A stretch of DNA of 33,805 nt from a virus (lineage: Duplodnaviria; Caudoviricetes), in the IMG/VR virus record IMGVR_UViG_3300032074_000022, positions 1-33,805 of that record; one strand, written 5' to 3'. Below the pieces are notes generated by a model, which worked only from the letters and a program-made list of their open reading frames with translations, had not been told where the DNA came from and did not search any database. Positions 25,172 to 33,805 of the stretch are shown here, one piece after another (position 1 is the first letter of the stretch; every line of letters begins with the position of its first letter). Made by a program: the position numbers and the translations under genes.

Positions 25172-28100
25172 TGCCCACGGAGCAGACCTCCCTCTACGAC
25201 CAGGCGTACGCGCAGTACATGGCGCACGCCCACGATCCGGTCTTCCGCCTGGCGATGGAGATCTACCTGGGTGAGACCTTCCAGGAGATGGCCCACTACC
25301 ACCAGGGTCAGATCCAGGCCATCGTGGACAAGCTCATGCACCAGGAGTTGGCGCAGGTCCGCAAGAGCCTGACCAAGCACTACCTGGCCACCCGGCTGGA
25401 GGAGATCCAGAAGGCAACCAAGAAGGACCAGCGCCGCTGGGACAAGGAGGGCTACTGGGTCCGTGAGCACGGCCGGTTCGCCCGGTACGTCGGCCCCAAG
25501 TCCCAGAACGTCGAGGGCGGCCCCCGCACCTACAGCCGGAACGTCGATGACCCGAAGGAGTTCCTGCGGCAGCAGTTCCGCCGCGACTTCCCCGAGGGAG
25601 TCCCGCACGACGAGGACGAGCGTCGCAGGCGGGCGATGGGCCTGAAGATGCACCACGGGGTGGAGCTGCCCGAGGGCAACTTCGCCGACCACGCCCGTGA
25701 CGTGTGGCAGCGCACGGCGGACATGCACAACGACCTGTTCGCCCGCACTAACGACCCGCGCGACAAGCAGCGCATCCAGTACGTCATCCAGTCCCCGGAC
25801 GGCCAGAAGCGGATCGAGATCCCCAAGGCTGGGAATCTGCCCGACGTCGACTACACCGGTGGCGAGCGGGTCCACTTCATGACCCCGGTCGGTCCGGACA
25901 ACCCGGTGCACGCCGGTGGCCAGGCGATCAACATCGGGATGATCGCGGGCATGTCGCCGGAGCAGGCGGCCAAGGTCGGCGGGGTCACCCAGGGTCTGAA
26001 CAACATCCTGAACGAGACCACCTGGGGCAAGAAGATGTCGGCCACGGCATCCACCATCGCCGCCCTCTCCGGTGGCTCCCCGGCGGCGGTGCAGGCGGCT
26101 GCCTTCGCCCACATGGTCAACATCATCGGCCCGCAGGCGTCCCGCGCCTTCGGCGGCAAGCTGCGCCAGCTCACCTACCGGTACACCGGCCAGGAGCACG
26201 CCCCGGAGGACTGGCCCGAGGTGGCCCAGAAGGGCCGGGTTGGTGGCGAGAGCACCCGGGCGCTGGAGATGAAGCTCATCAACGACATGGTGGTGCACGA
26301 GCACGCGCTGCCCACCCGGTCGGAGTACCTCACCTCGCTGAAGCTGGGCTCCACCACGCCCTCGCACGGCTTCATCCTGGACAAGGACGGCAAGGTCGTC
26401 AGCATGGCGACCGGCTACTCCGACGACTGGTACACGCCGTTCAACCTGAAGAAGCTCCCGCAGATGCGCGGCGGCTCCTACGTCCGGTCCCGGGCCTACG
26501 GCGGGCTCACCCCCGAGGACATCCGGATGGCGATGCGTACTGGGGCCACCCGCGCCACCGTCGTCTCCAACAACGGCGTCTTCACGATGGAGTTCAACCC
26601 CAAGGCGCTGCACTGGGGGCACCGCTGGGGCTTCGCTGGTGGCGGGATGGTGCGCCGGTACACCAAGGCGCTGGACGCGATCAAGAACAAGGAGATCGAC
26701 GACCCCAACGTGGTGGGCGCCGACAAGGCGCTGAAGCTCAACGCCCAGGGCTACCGGGCCGCCATGCAGGACCTGCGGATGAAGTTTCCCACCTGGGTGG
26801 TCGACCCGCGCAAGGGCGAGGGGGTCAAGGACCCGAACAGCGACCTGCGTACCTGGCACGAGCCGCTGTCCCGGTTCGGCCTCAACGCACCCGACCTGGA
26901 GAACCAGGGCGACCGGCCGGACGAGGACGGCTACATCGCGCCGCTGAACACCCGCGCACACGGGGCCCGGTGGGGTTGGGCCGAGCCCGGGGTCGGGGAG
27001 ATGTCCCTCTGGGAAGACCCGAAGTCGGGCAAGCACGCCTACCACACGATGGACCGGTACCGGCTCCAGGAGGACCTACTCAACAACATCCGGCGTACCG
27101 GCCAGCGGCAAGCCACTCCGCAACCGCAGCCCACCCGTCCGGCCAACGGCGGTGCCCGCCCGGCGACTCCAGCCACGGCTCGGCCGATGGGCAACGAGGT
27201 GGCGGGGACGGTGGTCTCCCAGCCCACCGCCTACACCTCCCGCGAGGGGCAGGTCGCCAGGGCCGACGTGGACGAGATGCTCCGGCAGACCAAGCGGCTG
27301 GTCATGCAGGCGCACAGTCAGGGGTTGCCGTTCGAGTCGGACAGCAGCGACGCCAACGAGATCGTGGAGATGCTCCAGTCCTCCTCGAACTTCACCGCCC
27401 ACCCGGACTACAAGCGGCTGCGGGACAAGCTGGCCAATGACTCACGATTCCGCGAGGCGTTCGTGGACGAGCTGGGCGACCAGTACCTCGCCCACGAGAC
27501 CACCGGCAAGGCTACCGGTGCCCGCCAACTCCTGGTCGACTGGGAGACCCTGGGTGCTGCCGGTCGGGACGAGGACGAGGAGCCGGAGGTCTCCGACGAG
27601 GAGGCGGGTGCTCAGGCTCGCGCCGAGGAGGAGGCTCGGACCTTTCGGGGGAACGAGAACCTCCCGCTGGACCTCATCGACCAGTCCCCGGCCGTTCGGG
27701 CGTGGGCTGAGCGGAGCGAGGACAACATGAACGCCGTCCGGCTCTGGGCGACCCACCGGATGCGGATGGAGGAGGACCCCAGCTACAAGCCGTGGCGCAA
27801 CCCGGAGATCGGCCAGCAGTTCCGGCAGGTCAATGCCACCCTGGCGAACATCCTCTCCAACGAGAGCCGTCAGGCTGCCGAACGGTCGGCCGGGGTGGAG
27901 CCGGTTCGTGACACCGGGGAGACGACGACGGCCAGCGCCCCCACCTCCTTCGTCCCGGCACGCCTGAAGCAGGACGCCCAGGGCAACCCGGAGACGGCGG
28001 CGAGGGCGCTGTACGCGGCCATCACGGCGGGCCGGTCACCCGAGGACGCCGGGGTGGAGGTGGCCCAGACCATCGACACCCTGAAGGCCCACGGCAGGCG

Positions 28101-28248
28101 CAGCAACGACGCCTTCTTCAGTCGCACCGGTGCCCACATGGAGGACCTGTTCGCGGAGGGCCTGAAGCGAGGGAGCGGCCGGGACACCACCCCGTCCGAC
28201 GAGGAGATCGACAACTTCGGCCGCGAGCACGGGCTGAACTGGGACTGA
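25171..28248 (+). CDS. Large head-associated protein of unknown function (1025 aa)
   Basis: TGATG-coupled to the portal; central degenerate JAB/MPN-like segment. Confidence 0.7.
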   Translation: MPTEQTSLYDQAYAQYMAHAHDPVFRLAMEIYLGETFQEMAHYHQGQIQAIVDKLMHQELAQVRKSLTKHYLATRLEEIQKATKKDQRRWDKEGYWVREHGRFARYVGPKSQNVEGGPRTYSRNVDDPKEFLRQQFRRDFPEGVPHDEDERRRRAMGLKMHHGVELPEGNFADHARDVWQRTADMHNDLFARTNDPRDKQRIQYVIQSPDGQKRIEIPKAGNLPDVDYTGGERVHFMTPVGPDNPVHAGGQAINIGMIAGMSPEQAAKVGGVTQGLNNILNETTWGKKMSATASTIAALSGGSPAAVQAAAFAHMVNIIGPQASRAFGGKLRQLTYRYTGQEHAPEDWPEVAQKGRVGGESTRALEMKLINDMVVHEHALPTRSEYLTSLKLGSTTPSHGFILDKDGKVVSMATGYSDDWYTPFNLKKLPQMRGGSYVRSRAYGGLTPEDIRMAMRTGATRATVVSNNGVFTMEFNPKALHWGHRWGFAGGGMVRRYTKALDAIKNKEIDDPNVVGADKALKLNAQGYRAAMQDLRMKFPTWVVDPRKGEGVKDPNSDLRTWHEPLSRFGLNAPDLENQGDRPDEDGYIAPLNTRAHGARWGWAEPGVGEMSLWEDPKSGKHAYHTMDRYRLQEDLLNNIRRTGQRQATPQPQPTRPANGGARPATPATARPMGNEVAGTVVSQPTAYTSREGQVARADVDEMLRQTKRLVMQAHSQGLPFESDSSDANEIVEMLQSSSNFTAHPDYKRLRDKLANDSRFREAFVDELGDQYLAHETTGKATGARQLLVDWETLGAAGRDEDEEPEVSDEEAGAQARAEEEARTFRGNENLPLDLIDQSPAVRAWAERSEDNMNAVRLWATHRMRMEEDPSYKPWRNPEIGQQFRQVNATLANILSNESRQAAERSAGVEPVRDTGETTTASAPTSFVPARLKQDAQGNPETAARALYAAITAGRSPEDAGVEVAQTIDTLKAHGRRSNDAFFSRTGAHMEDLFAEGLKRGSGRDTTPSDEEIDNFGREHGLNWD

Positions 28249-28253
28249 GGTAG

Positions 28254-29300
28254 ATGACGAACCCACTCGGCCCGGCGGTCGACCTCAACGACTTCAACCC
28301 GGAGCGGGTGCTCGTGCCCGGTGGAATGGCGGTGCAGGCCCACGCGGTCGGCCAGCCCACCGAGCACGAGCGCACCGCGATACGAGCAGTAGTGGTCTTG
28401 ACACTGGCTGCTGTACTGGCTGCTAAGGGCCGCGATTGGCTGAAGCTCGCCAAGGGTTGGGAGCGAGATGGTCGATTCGACCGTGCAGCATTCGAGCGTG
28501 AGATCAGCAAGACGTTCATCGACGTCTTCAGCACCCCGATGGTTCCGATCCTGGCCGGGATGCTCCAGTTGGGTCGCCAGTCGATGGTCCACTCCCTCGA
28601 CCTCGACGTCATCCAGCGGGCTTCGGCTCTCCGCATCGCTGACCACTGGGCGCGCAAGTACGCCGAAGAAGTGGCCCGCGACTACGGTGCCCAGTCCGCA
28701 CTGGCCATCTCTCGGTCCCTCCCTGAGTGGCTCAACAAGCGAATGCCCGCCAGTGCGCTCGCTCAGCGCGCCAAGGACCTCTACGGCCTGGACCCACGAT
28801 CCGCACAGTCGGTAGAGAACTACGCCAGCGGCAAGAAGGTCACCCGCAGCATGAACCTGCGCGGGCTGGCCGAGCGATACCTGGAGCAGCGGGCCGACGT
28901 GATGGCCCGGGTGCAGACCTTCTCGGCGCTGAACTTCGGCCGCCAGATGGTGTTCGCCGAGGGGATCGGCCAGGGGATCATCCCCACCTCGGCCCGCAAG
29001 GTCTGGGTGACCGCCATCGACGAGCGGGTCTGCGAGGTCTGCGCGCCGATGGACGGGGTGGCCGTGCCCGTCCTGGACCGGTTCGCCGTGCTGTTCCCGC
29101 CGCCGAAGACGGAGCGGGGCAAGGACCGGGGGATCAAGAAGCTGATCGTGCCCCCGGTGCACCCGAACTGCCGCTGCACCATCGTGCTGGACAAGACCTT
29201 CCGGGGCGGGATCATCACCCGCACCACCAGGTACGAGGACAAGGGCGACAAGCACCTGGCCCGGCTGGTCTCTGAGGCGAAGGACATGATCCTCCGCTGA
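28254..29300 (+). CDS. MuF-like minor head protein
   Basis: KVWVTAIDERVCEVCAPMDG...PPVHPNCRC. Confidence 0.88.
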   Translation: MTNPLGPAVDLNDFNPERVLVPGGMAVQAHAVGQPTEHERTAIRAVVVLTLAAVLAAKGRDWLKLAKGWERDGRFDRAAFEREISKTFIDVFSTPMVPILAGMLQLGRQSMVHSLDLDVIQRASALRIADHWARKYAEEVARDYGAQSALAISRSLPEWLNKRMPASALAQRAKDLYGLDPRSAQSVENYASGKKVTRSMNLRGLAERYLEQRADVMARVQTFSALNFGRQMVFAEGIGQGIIPTSARKVWVTAIDERVCEVCAPMDGVAVPVLDRFAVLFPPPKTERGKDRGIKKLIVPPVHPNCRCTIVLDKTFRGGIITRTTRYEDKGDKHLARLVSEAKDMILR

Positions 29301-29338
29301 GCGGGGACAACTGATCGTTTCTCGCTGACGCTCCTCAC

Positions 29339-30571
29339 ATGCGATATGAGGACGTTGTGCGGGCTGCGTGGGCTGCGGACCCGGACTTCGTCACTCTCTG
29401 CAAGAGCCTCTACGGCGAAGGCGCGACCTGGGAGACCGTCGCCAAGGATGGCCCCTGCGCGAGTGACGTTCATGTGCCCGGCAACAGCGGCGTGAAGAAG
29501 CCCAAGAAGATCGCGGTGATGGACACCCGGGGTCCCCAGGTCCCGGTGGCCAAGCGCAAGAGCGAGGTGCCGACGTACCCCCGCTCCTACAAGCGAGACG
29601 ACAACGGGCGCTTCTCGTCCTTCGCCGGTGCGGCCACCCACGCCACCGTGGCGGGCCTGAGCGGTGCGGCGGGCCTGGCCACCGGGCACGCGGTCCGGGG
29701 AGCCTCCCAGGAGACGTTGGACGTGGTCCGTCGCCTGCGCGGCACCTCCGAGGGTCGCCGGGTGCTCCTGCGCACCCTGGCCCGCTCAGGCGGTCGCACG
29801 GCTGCCCTGGCGGCGGGGGCCGGTGTCGCCACCGCGATGGCCGGTCACCACGGCAAGGCGGCGTACGAGACGATGCACAACCGGGCGTTGCTGGAGCAGC
29901 AGCACGCCAAGGACGTCCGCTCCACGACCCGTGAGCAGGACTTCCACGAGTTCCTCGGCGGCGACCCGTACAACGCGGTCGTCCGGACGCCCAACCCCGG
30001 CAAGGGCACGGACGCCCAGACCACCATCAGGCGCAAGGGTGCCGTGGGCACGCTGCACTACCAGGACCGCCTCGCTCACGAGATCGACAAGCGGGACATC
30101 GACATGACCGGCTCGATCACCGGCGTGAACGACGAGAAGCGCCAGGTGTTCGGTTGGGCCTCCATCGTGGAGAAGAACGGCAACCCGGTGGTCGACCTCC
30201 AGGGTGACTACATCACCATCGGGGAGCTGGAGAAGGCCGCCTACGACTACGTGCACAAGTCCCGAGTCGGCGGTGCCATGCATCGCCGGGTGGACGCGAA
30301 CGGCAACGTGATCGAGAAGAACGACCGGCCCTACCACGCCGCCGACCTCATCGAGTCCTTCGTGGTCACCCCGGAGAAGATCGAGAAGATGGGGCTCTCC
30401 TCGTCCACTCCGGTCGGCTGGTGGGTCGGCTTCAAGGTCAACGACGACGACGCGTGGCAGTCGGTGAAGTCCGGCGACTGGAAGGGGTTCTCCGTACATG
30501 GCGTCGGCAGGAGACGCCCCATCGGAGAGGTCAGCGACCTCGACATCTCTGGAGCGGAACTGACCCGATGA
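29339..30571 (+). CDS. XkdF-like capsid maturation protease with N-terminal extension
   Basis: KRQVFGWAS, VDLQGD, LEKAAYDY, GAMH, LIESFV, GWWVGFKV, VKSG..KGFSVHG. Confidence 0.8.
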   Translation: MRYEDVVRAAWAADPDFVTLCKSLYGEGATWETVAKDGPCASDVHVPGNSGVKKPKKIAVMDTRGPQVPVAKRKSEVPTYPRSYKRDDNGRFSSFAGAATHATVAGLSGAAGLATGHAVRGASQETLDVVRRLRGTSEGRRVLLRTLARSGGRTAALAAGAGVATAMAGHHGKAAYETMHNRALLEQQHAKDVRSTTREQDFHEFLGGDPYNAVVRTPNPGKGTDAQTTIRRKGAVGTLHYQDRLAHEIDKRDIDMTGSITGVNDEKRQVFGWASIVEKNGNPVVDLQGDYITIGELEKAAYDYVHKSRVGGAMHRRVDANGNVIEKNDRPYHAADLIESFVVTPEKIEKMGLSSSTPVGWWVGFKVNDDDAWQSVKSGDWKGFSVHGVGRRRPIGEVSDLDISGAELTR

Positions 30572-32742
30572 ACAACGACGAGATCGAGAAGTTCCTCAAC
30601 GGGACGGGCAAGAAGATCAAGCACGGCCTGGACAACCTGTCGATCTCCCCGGCGCAGTCCCGCCAGGCGTCCGCCCTCGGCCAGGTCGGCGGTGGGGCAG
30701 GCGCGATCACCGGTGCGGCGATTGGCGCGGGCATCGGCGCGCTCTCCCACCACGCCGCCACCGGGGCAGGTATCGGCGGTGCCATCGGTGGTGCGCTGGG
30801 CAGCTCGGGTGGTGCAGCGGTCGGGCTGTACAACGGCCGGAAGAAGCCAGTGAAGCCCAAGACCCCGGTGACCAAGTCCTTCGACGAGTCCAAGCACAAG
30901 CGGGGCCAGGCGGGCAAGTTCGTCGCCGGTGGGCTGCTGGCTGCCGGGGCCGCTACCTCCGCCACCGGCGGTGCGATGAGTGCGGTCGGGCACCAGACGG
31001 CGAAGACCTTCGAACGCAAGCGCGAGGAGCAGACCGCGCTGGCCAACCACAACAGGGCGCTGTCTCACGCCGTCACACCCACCGACAAGAAGATCGACTA
31101 CATGCGTCACGCGCTTGGGCACCGCTCCGCCGCGCTGGCCATGAAGGGTCCGGAGGACGCCGCGCTGACCCTGCGCCACGCCGGGGGCAAGGTTGCCCTG
31201 GCCGGTGCCGGGGTCGCCGCTGCCGGTCTGGGGGCGGCTGCCCTGGCGCACCACCGGGCGAAGCGCGAGGAGGACGTGGTCAAGTCCTTCACCCACCCGT
31301 CCCAGGACGCCCAGCACAAGATCGCCCAGGGTGGCCTGGGTGTGGCGGCGCTGGCGGATGCGGCGGGTGCCTCGGCGGCGTGGAAGGAGTCCAAGAACGC
31401 CGTCATGCCCGCCCTGAAGGGGCTGAGCACGGGCAAGAAGATCAGGACGGTCGCGGGCTACGCCAAGGAGAAGGCGGCCTTCCCCATCGTCGCCGGGGGG
31501 ATCGCCGCGACGGCGGTGGCCGAGCACGTCATGCACCAGAGCCAGAAGAAGGCACAGCCAACCACCCCTCGTGATGGCGACGGGGACGGAATCCTCAACG
31601 AAGGGGTCAGGAAGATGAACAGCGCAGACGAGGTCTTCGCCAAGGCGCGGGGCACCTACGACGAGGGCAAGCACAAGCGGTCCCGGGACGGTCGCTTCTC
31701 CGCCGTCGTGGGCGCCTCACTGCTCGGCTCGGGCGCGGCGACGGCGCACCTCTCGGACGGCGCCAAGCACATCGGTCAGGAGCTTCAGCTCCACGGGCGT
31801 CGGGTGGTCGAGGAGGGCATGGGGCTGCGGCTGACGGGCGACTCCGACCGGAGGTTGGGCCACGACCACAAGGCTGCGGGCGGTGCGTTCCTGACCGGCC
31901 GTGACCACGAGAAGCTGGCCAACCACCTGGTCAACCGGGGCGGCCAGAACGTCAATCGGGGTTACAACATCGAAGCTCGGGGTCGGGATGCACTGAAGGC
32001 CGGTGAGGAGCTGGAGCACGCCGGTCGACTCGGCACCAAGATCGGCCTCGGCGCGGCTGGTGCCGGTCTGGCCTTGGGTGCCTACGGCTCCTACCGCCAG
32101 ATGAAGTCCCGCCACGAGAGTCTGAAGAAGAACGACACCGTCTCCACGGACGTCGAGGCGATCTTCTCCAAGGCCCGCGAGGACGTCTCCAAGCTGGAGC
32201 GCGAGACCAAGCATGGCTTCAAGGTCGGTGCAGGGATCGGTGCTGGCCTGGGTGCGGTGAGCGGCGCTGTCACGGGTGCTCACTACGGCGGTGTCAAGGG
32301 TGCAGCCCTCGGAGCGGCCACGGGCGTCATGAAGCCTGCGATTTTGGGTGGAGCCATCGGCGCTGGCGTGGGTGCGGTCAAGGCGTCCTCCCGCAAGTCG
32401 GCCGAGCAGGCTATCCGCGCTGCCAAGTCCGAGAAGAACGAGGGTGTGGAGAAGTCCCTGATGGGCCTGGCGGAGGAAGGCCAGAAGGCGTTCCGGATGG
32501 GTCAGGGCGCCGCCTCCTACCACGCCGGGAACGTCGCGCACGCGGTGACCAACCCCCTGAACCACCGCATGGTGCAGGGCGCGGCGTCCTACCACGCGGG
32601 CAACGTCGTCGCTCAGGCGCGCAAGGCGGCGAATGGCTTCAACAGCCTGAGCACCGGCAAGAAGGTCGCCGCCGGTGGTGCTGGTGCGTCCTTCCTGGCA
32701 GGTGCTGCGGCACTGCACCACCACATGTCGCAGTCCGACTGA
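30568..32742 (+). CDS. Gly/Ala-rich modular head-region protein (724 aa), possible polyprotein
   Basis: ATGA overlap with the protease; several glycine-zipper segments separated by charged linkers. Confidence 0.75.
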   Translation: MNNDEIEKFLNGTGKKIKHGLDNLSISPAQSRQASALGQVGGGAGAITGAAIGAGIGALSHHAATGAGIGGAIGGALGSSGGAAVGLYNGRKKPVKPKTPVTKSFDESKHKRGQAGKFVAGGLLAAGAATSATGGAMSAVGHQTAKTFERKREEQTALANHNRALSHAVTPTDKKIDYMRHALGHRSAALAMKGPEDAALTLRHAGGKVALAGAGVAAAGLGAAALAHHRAKREEDVVKSFTHPSQDAQHKIAQGGLGVAALADAAGASAAWKESKNAVMPALKGLSTGKKIRTVAGYAKEKAAFPIVAGGIAATAVAEHVMHQSQKKAQPTTPRDGDGDGILNEGVRKMNSADEVFAKARGTYDEGKHKRSRDGRFSAVVGASLLGSGAATAHLSDGAKHIGQELQLHGRRVVEEGMGLRLTGDSDRRLGHDHKAAGGAFLTGRDHEKLANHLVNRGGQNVNRGYNIEARGRDALKAGEELEHAGRLGTKIGLGAAGAGLALGAYGSYRQMKSRHESLKKNDTVSTDVEAIFSKAREDVSKLERETKHGFKVGAGIGAGLGAVSGAVTGAHYGGVKGAALGAATGVMKPAILGGAIGAGVGAVKASSRKSAEQAIRAAKSEKNEGVEKSLMGLAEEGQKAFRMGQGAASYHAGNVAHAVTNPLNHRMVQGAASYHAGNVVAQARKAANGFNSLSTGKKVAAGGAGASFLAGAAALHHHMSQSD

Positions 32743-32815
32743 CATTCCGACGAGTCGAGACGCCCTGGCCATTCCCGGTCAGGGTTGTCTCGACCAATGG
32801 GGAGGACCCACACAC

Positions 32816-33805
32816 ATGAGCAAGCGAGTCATCAAGCAGCTCTCCGATATGGCGATTGACGAGGTCTCCCTTGTCGACCGGGGAGCGAATCAGCACGCGC
32901 TGATCTCTATCGCCAAGCGCCTCGACGTCAACGACCTGTTCTCCAAGGCTCGCGGTGGCAAGACCGACGAGTCCTGCGCCGATGAGTTCCACGGCAGCGA
33001 CCCGGCCGACGTGGTGGACGAGCACGTGGTCAACGACGGTGCGGGCGACATCGGCCCCGGCGGGACCATCTCCGGCACCCAGAAGACCTCCGCCCAGGAC
33101 GTCACCGGCAAGGCGGGCAAGGCCAAGGGCAAGTCCGCCAGCACCTTCGACGACAAGGGAGCGAAGAAGGTGGAGGAGACCTCGTCCAAGGGCGAGAAGA
33201 ACCTCCCCGAGGGGCTGAAGAAGCGGGACGAGGACTTCGACGACGTCATCCTGGCCAAGGCGCTCGGCCTGGTGCTGGACGACGAGGAGTTCGAGAAGAA
33301 CTTCGGTGCCCAGCAGCCGATGCCGTTCCAGCAGCAGCAGCAGGCCCCGCAGTTCGGTGCCCCGCCCGCCGCGCAGTCGGTCGGTGCGATGCCGTTCGGC
33401 CAGGGTGCCCCGCAGCAGCCGCCGATGGGCATGGCCCCGCAGGGTCCGAACCCGCAGAACCCCGGGATGCCCACCGGTGGCCCGCAGGTCCCCGGTCCGA
33501 CCGCCCAGCAGGGGATGCCCTCCCAGCTCGGTGGGGCGGGCATGGGGATCGCCCAGATGATGGGCAGTCAGGGTGCGCCGCCCGCGCTGAATGTCGCTCA
33601 GCTTCCGCCTGAGGTCATTCAGTACATCCAGCAGTTGGAGAAGCAGGTTGCCCAGGCGCAGGGCAACAACGCCGATTCTTCTTCGGAAGGTTCGGACAGC
33701 TCCAACGACAGCACTGACTCTGACAACAGCAACAAGCCATTCGGAAAGTCTGGAGCCTTCAACATGAACGAGGACATCTTCCTCGACGAGCTGAGCAAGG
33801 CCATT
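32816..33805 (+). CDS. Scaffold-like head protein (partial, runs off the window)
   Basis: GGAGG site; MSKRVIKQLSDMAIDEVSLVDRGANQHA; open to the window end; Q/P/G/M-rich middle. Confidence 0.75.
   Translation, partial: MSKRVIKQLSDMAIDEVSLVDRGANQHALISIAKRLDVNDLFSKARGGKTDESCADEFHGSDPADVVDEHVVNDGAGDIGPGGTISGTQKTSAQDVTGKAGKAKGKSASTFDDKGAKKVEETSSKGEKNLPEGLKKRDEDFDDVILAKALGLVLDDEEFEKNFGAQQPMPFQQQQQAPQFGAPPAAQSVGAMPFGQGAPQQPPMGMAPQGPNPQNPGMPTGGPQVPGPTAQQGMPSQLGGAGMGIAQMMGSQGAPPALNVAQLPPEVIQYIQQLEKQVAQAQGNNADSSSEGSDSSNDSTDSDNSNKPFGKSGAFNMNEDIFLDELSKAI

Noticed and set aside
32741-32816. GACATT upstream of the scaffold gene as a family promoter
   Set aside because: No matching -10 hexamer at the fixed spacing; the gene has a normal GGAGG leader.

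Overview
This window is a segment of a high-GC tailed phage genome, very probably infecting an actinobacterium (it encodes a WhiB-like factor, a DUF2746-like lysis-region protein and a DnaE polymerase). Almost every gene is on the + strand. 1-6.8 kb is a replication/recombination module (DnaE, HNH, Cas4-like exonuclease, DUF6378-like, RuvC-like, WhiB). 6.8-12.7 kb holds ~30 small accessory genes, including many Zn-finger and membrane peptides, a probable small terminase, an Acb2/Tad1-like protein, an RHH regulator, an HTH and dCTP deaminase. 12.7-13.2 kb holds a candidate structured RNA, three tRNAs and one aberrant tRNA-like element. 13.3-21.5 kb holds tail-fibre/spike-like genes and a lysis cassette. 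21.5-33.8 kb is the head module (TerL, portal, a 1025-aa protein, MuF, an XkdF-like protease, a 724-aa Gly/Ala-rich modular protein, and a scaffold-like gene cut by the window edge). The most notable observations are: (1) GACA exactly 33 nt upstream of eight start codons, implying a family of leaderless, activator-dependent promoters; (2) the same motif pointing into a ~245-nt structured non-coding region between TerL and portal; (3) a head-associated polyprotein-like protein punctuated by recurring hydrophobic-x-Lys motifs shared across head proteins; (4) a candidate anti-defence nucleotide sponge fused to a Zn finger. All family calls come from reading motifs by eye; no database search was run.
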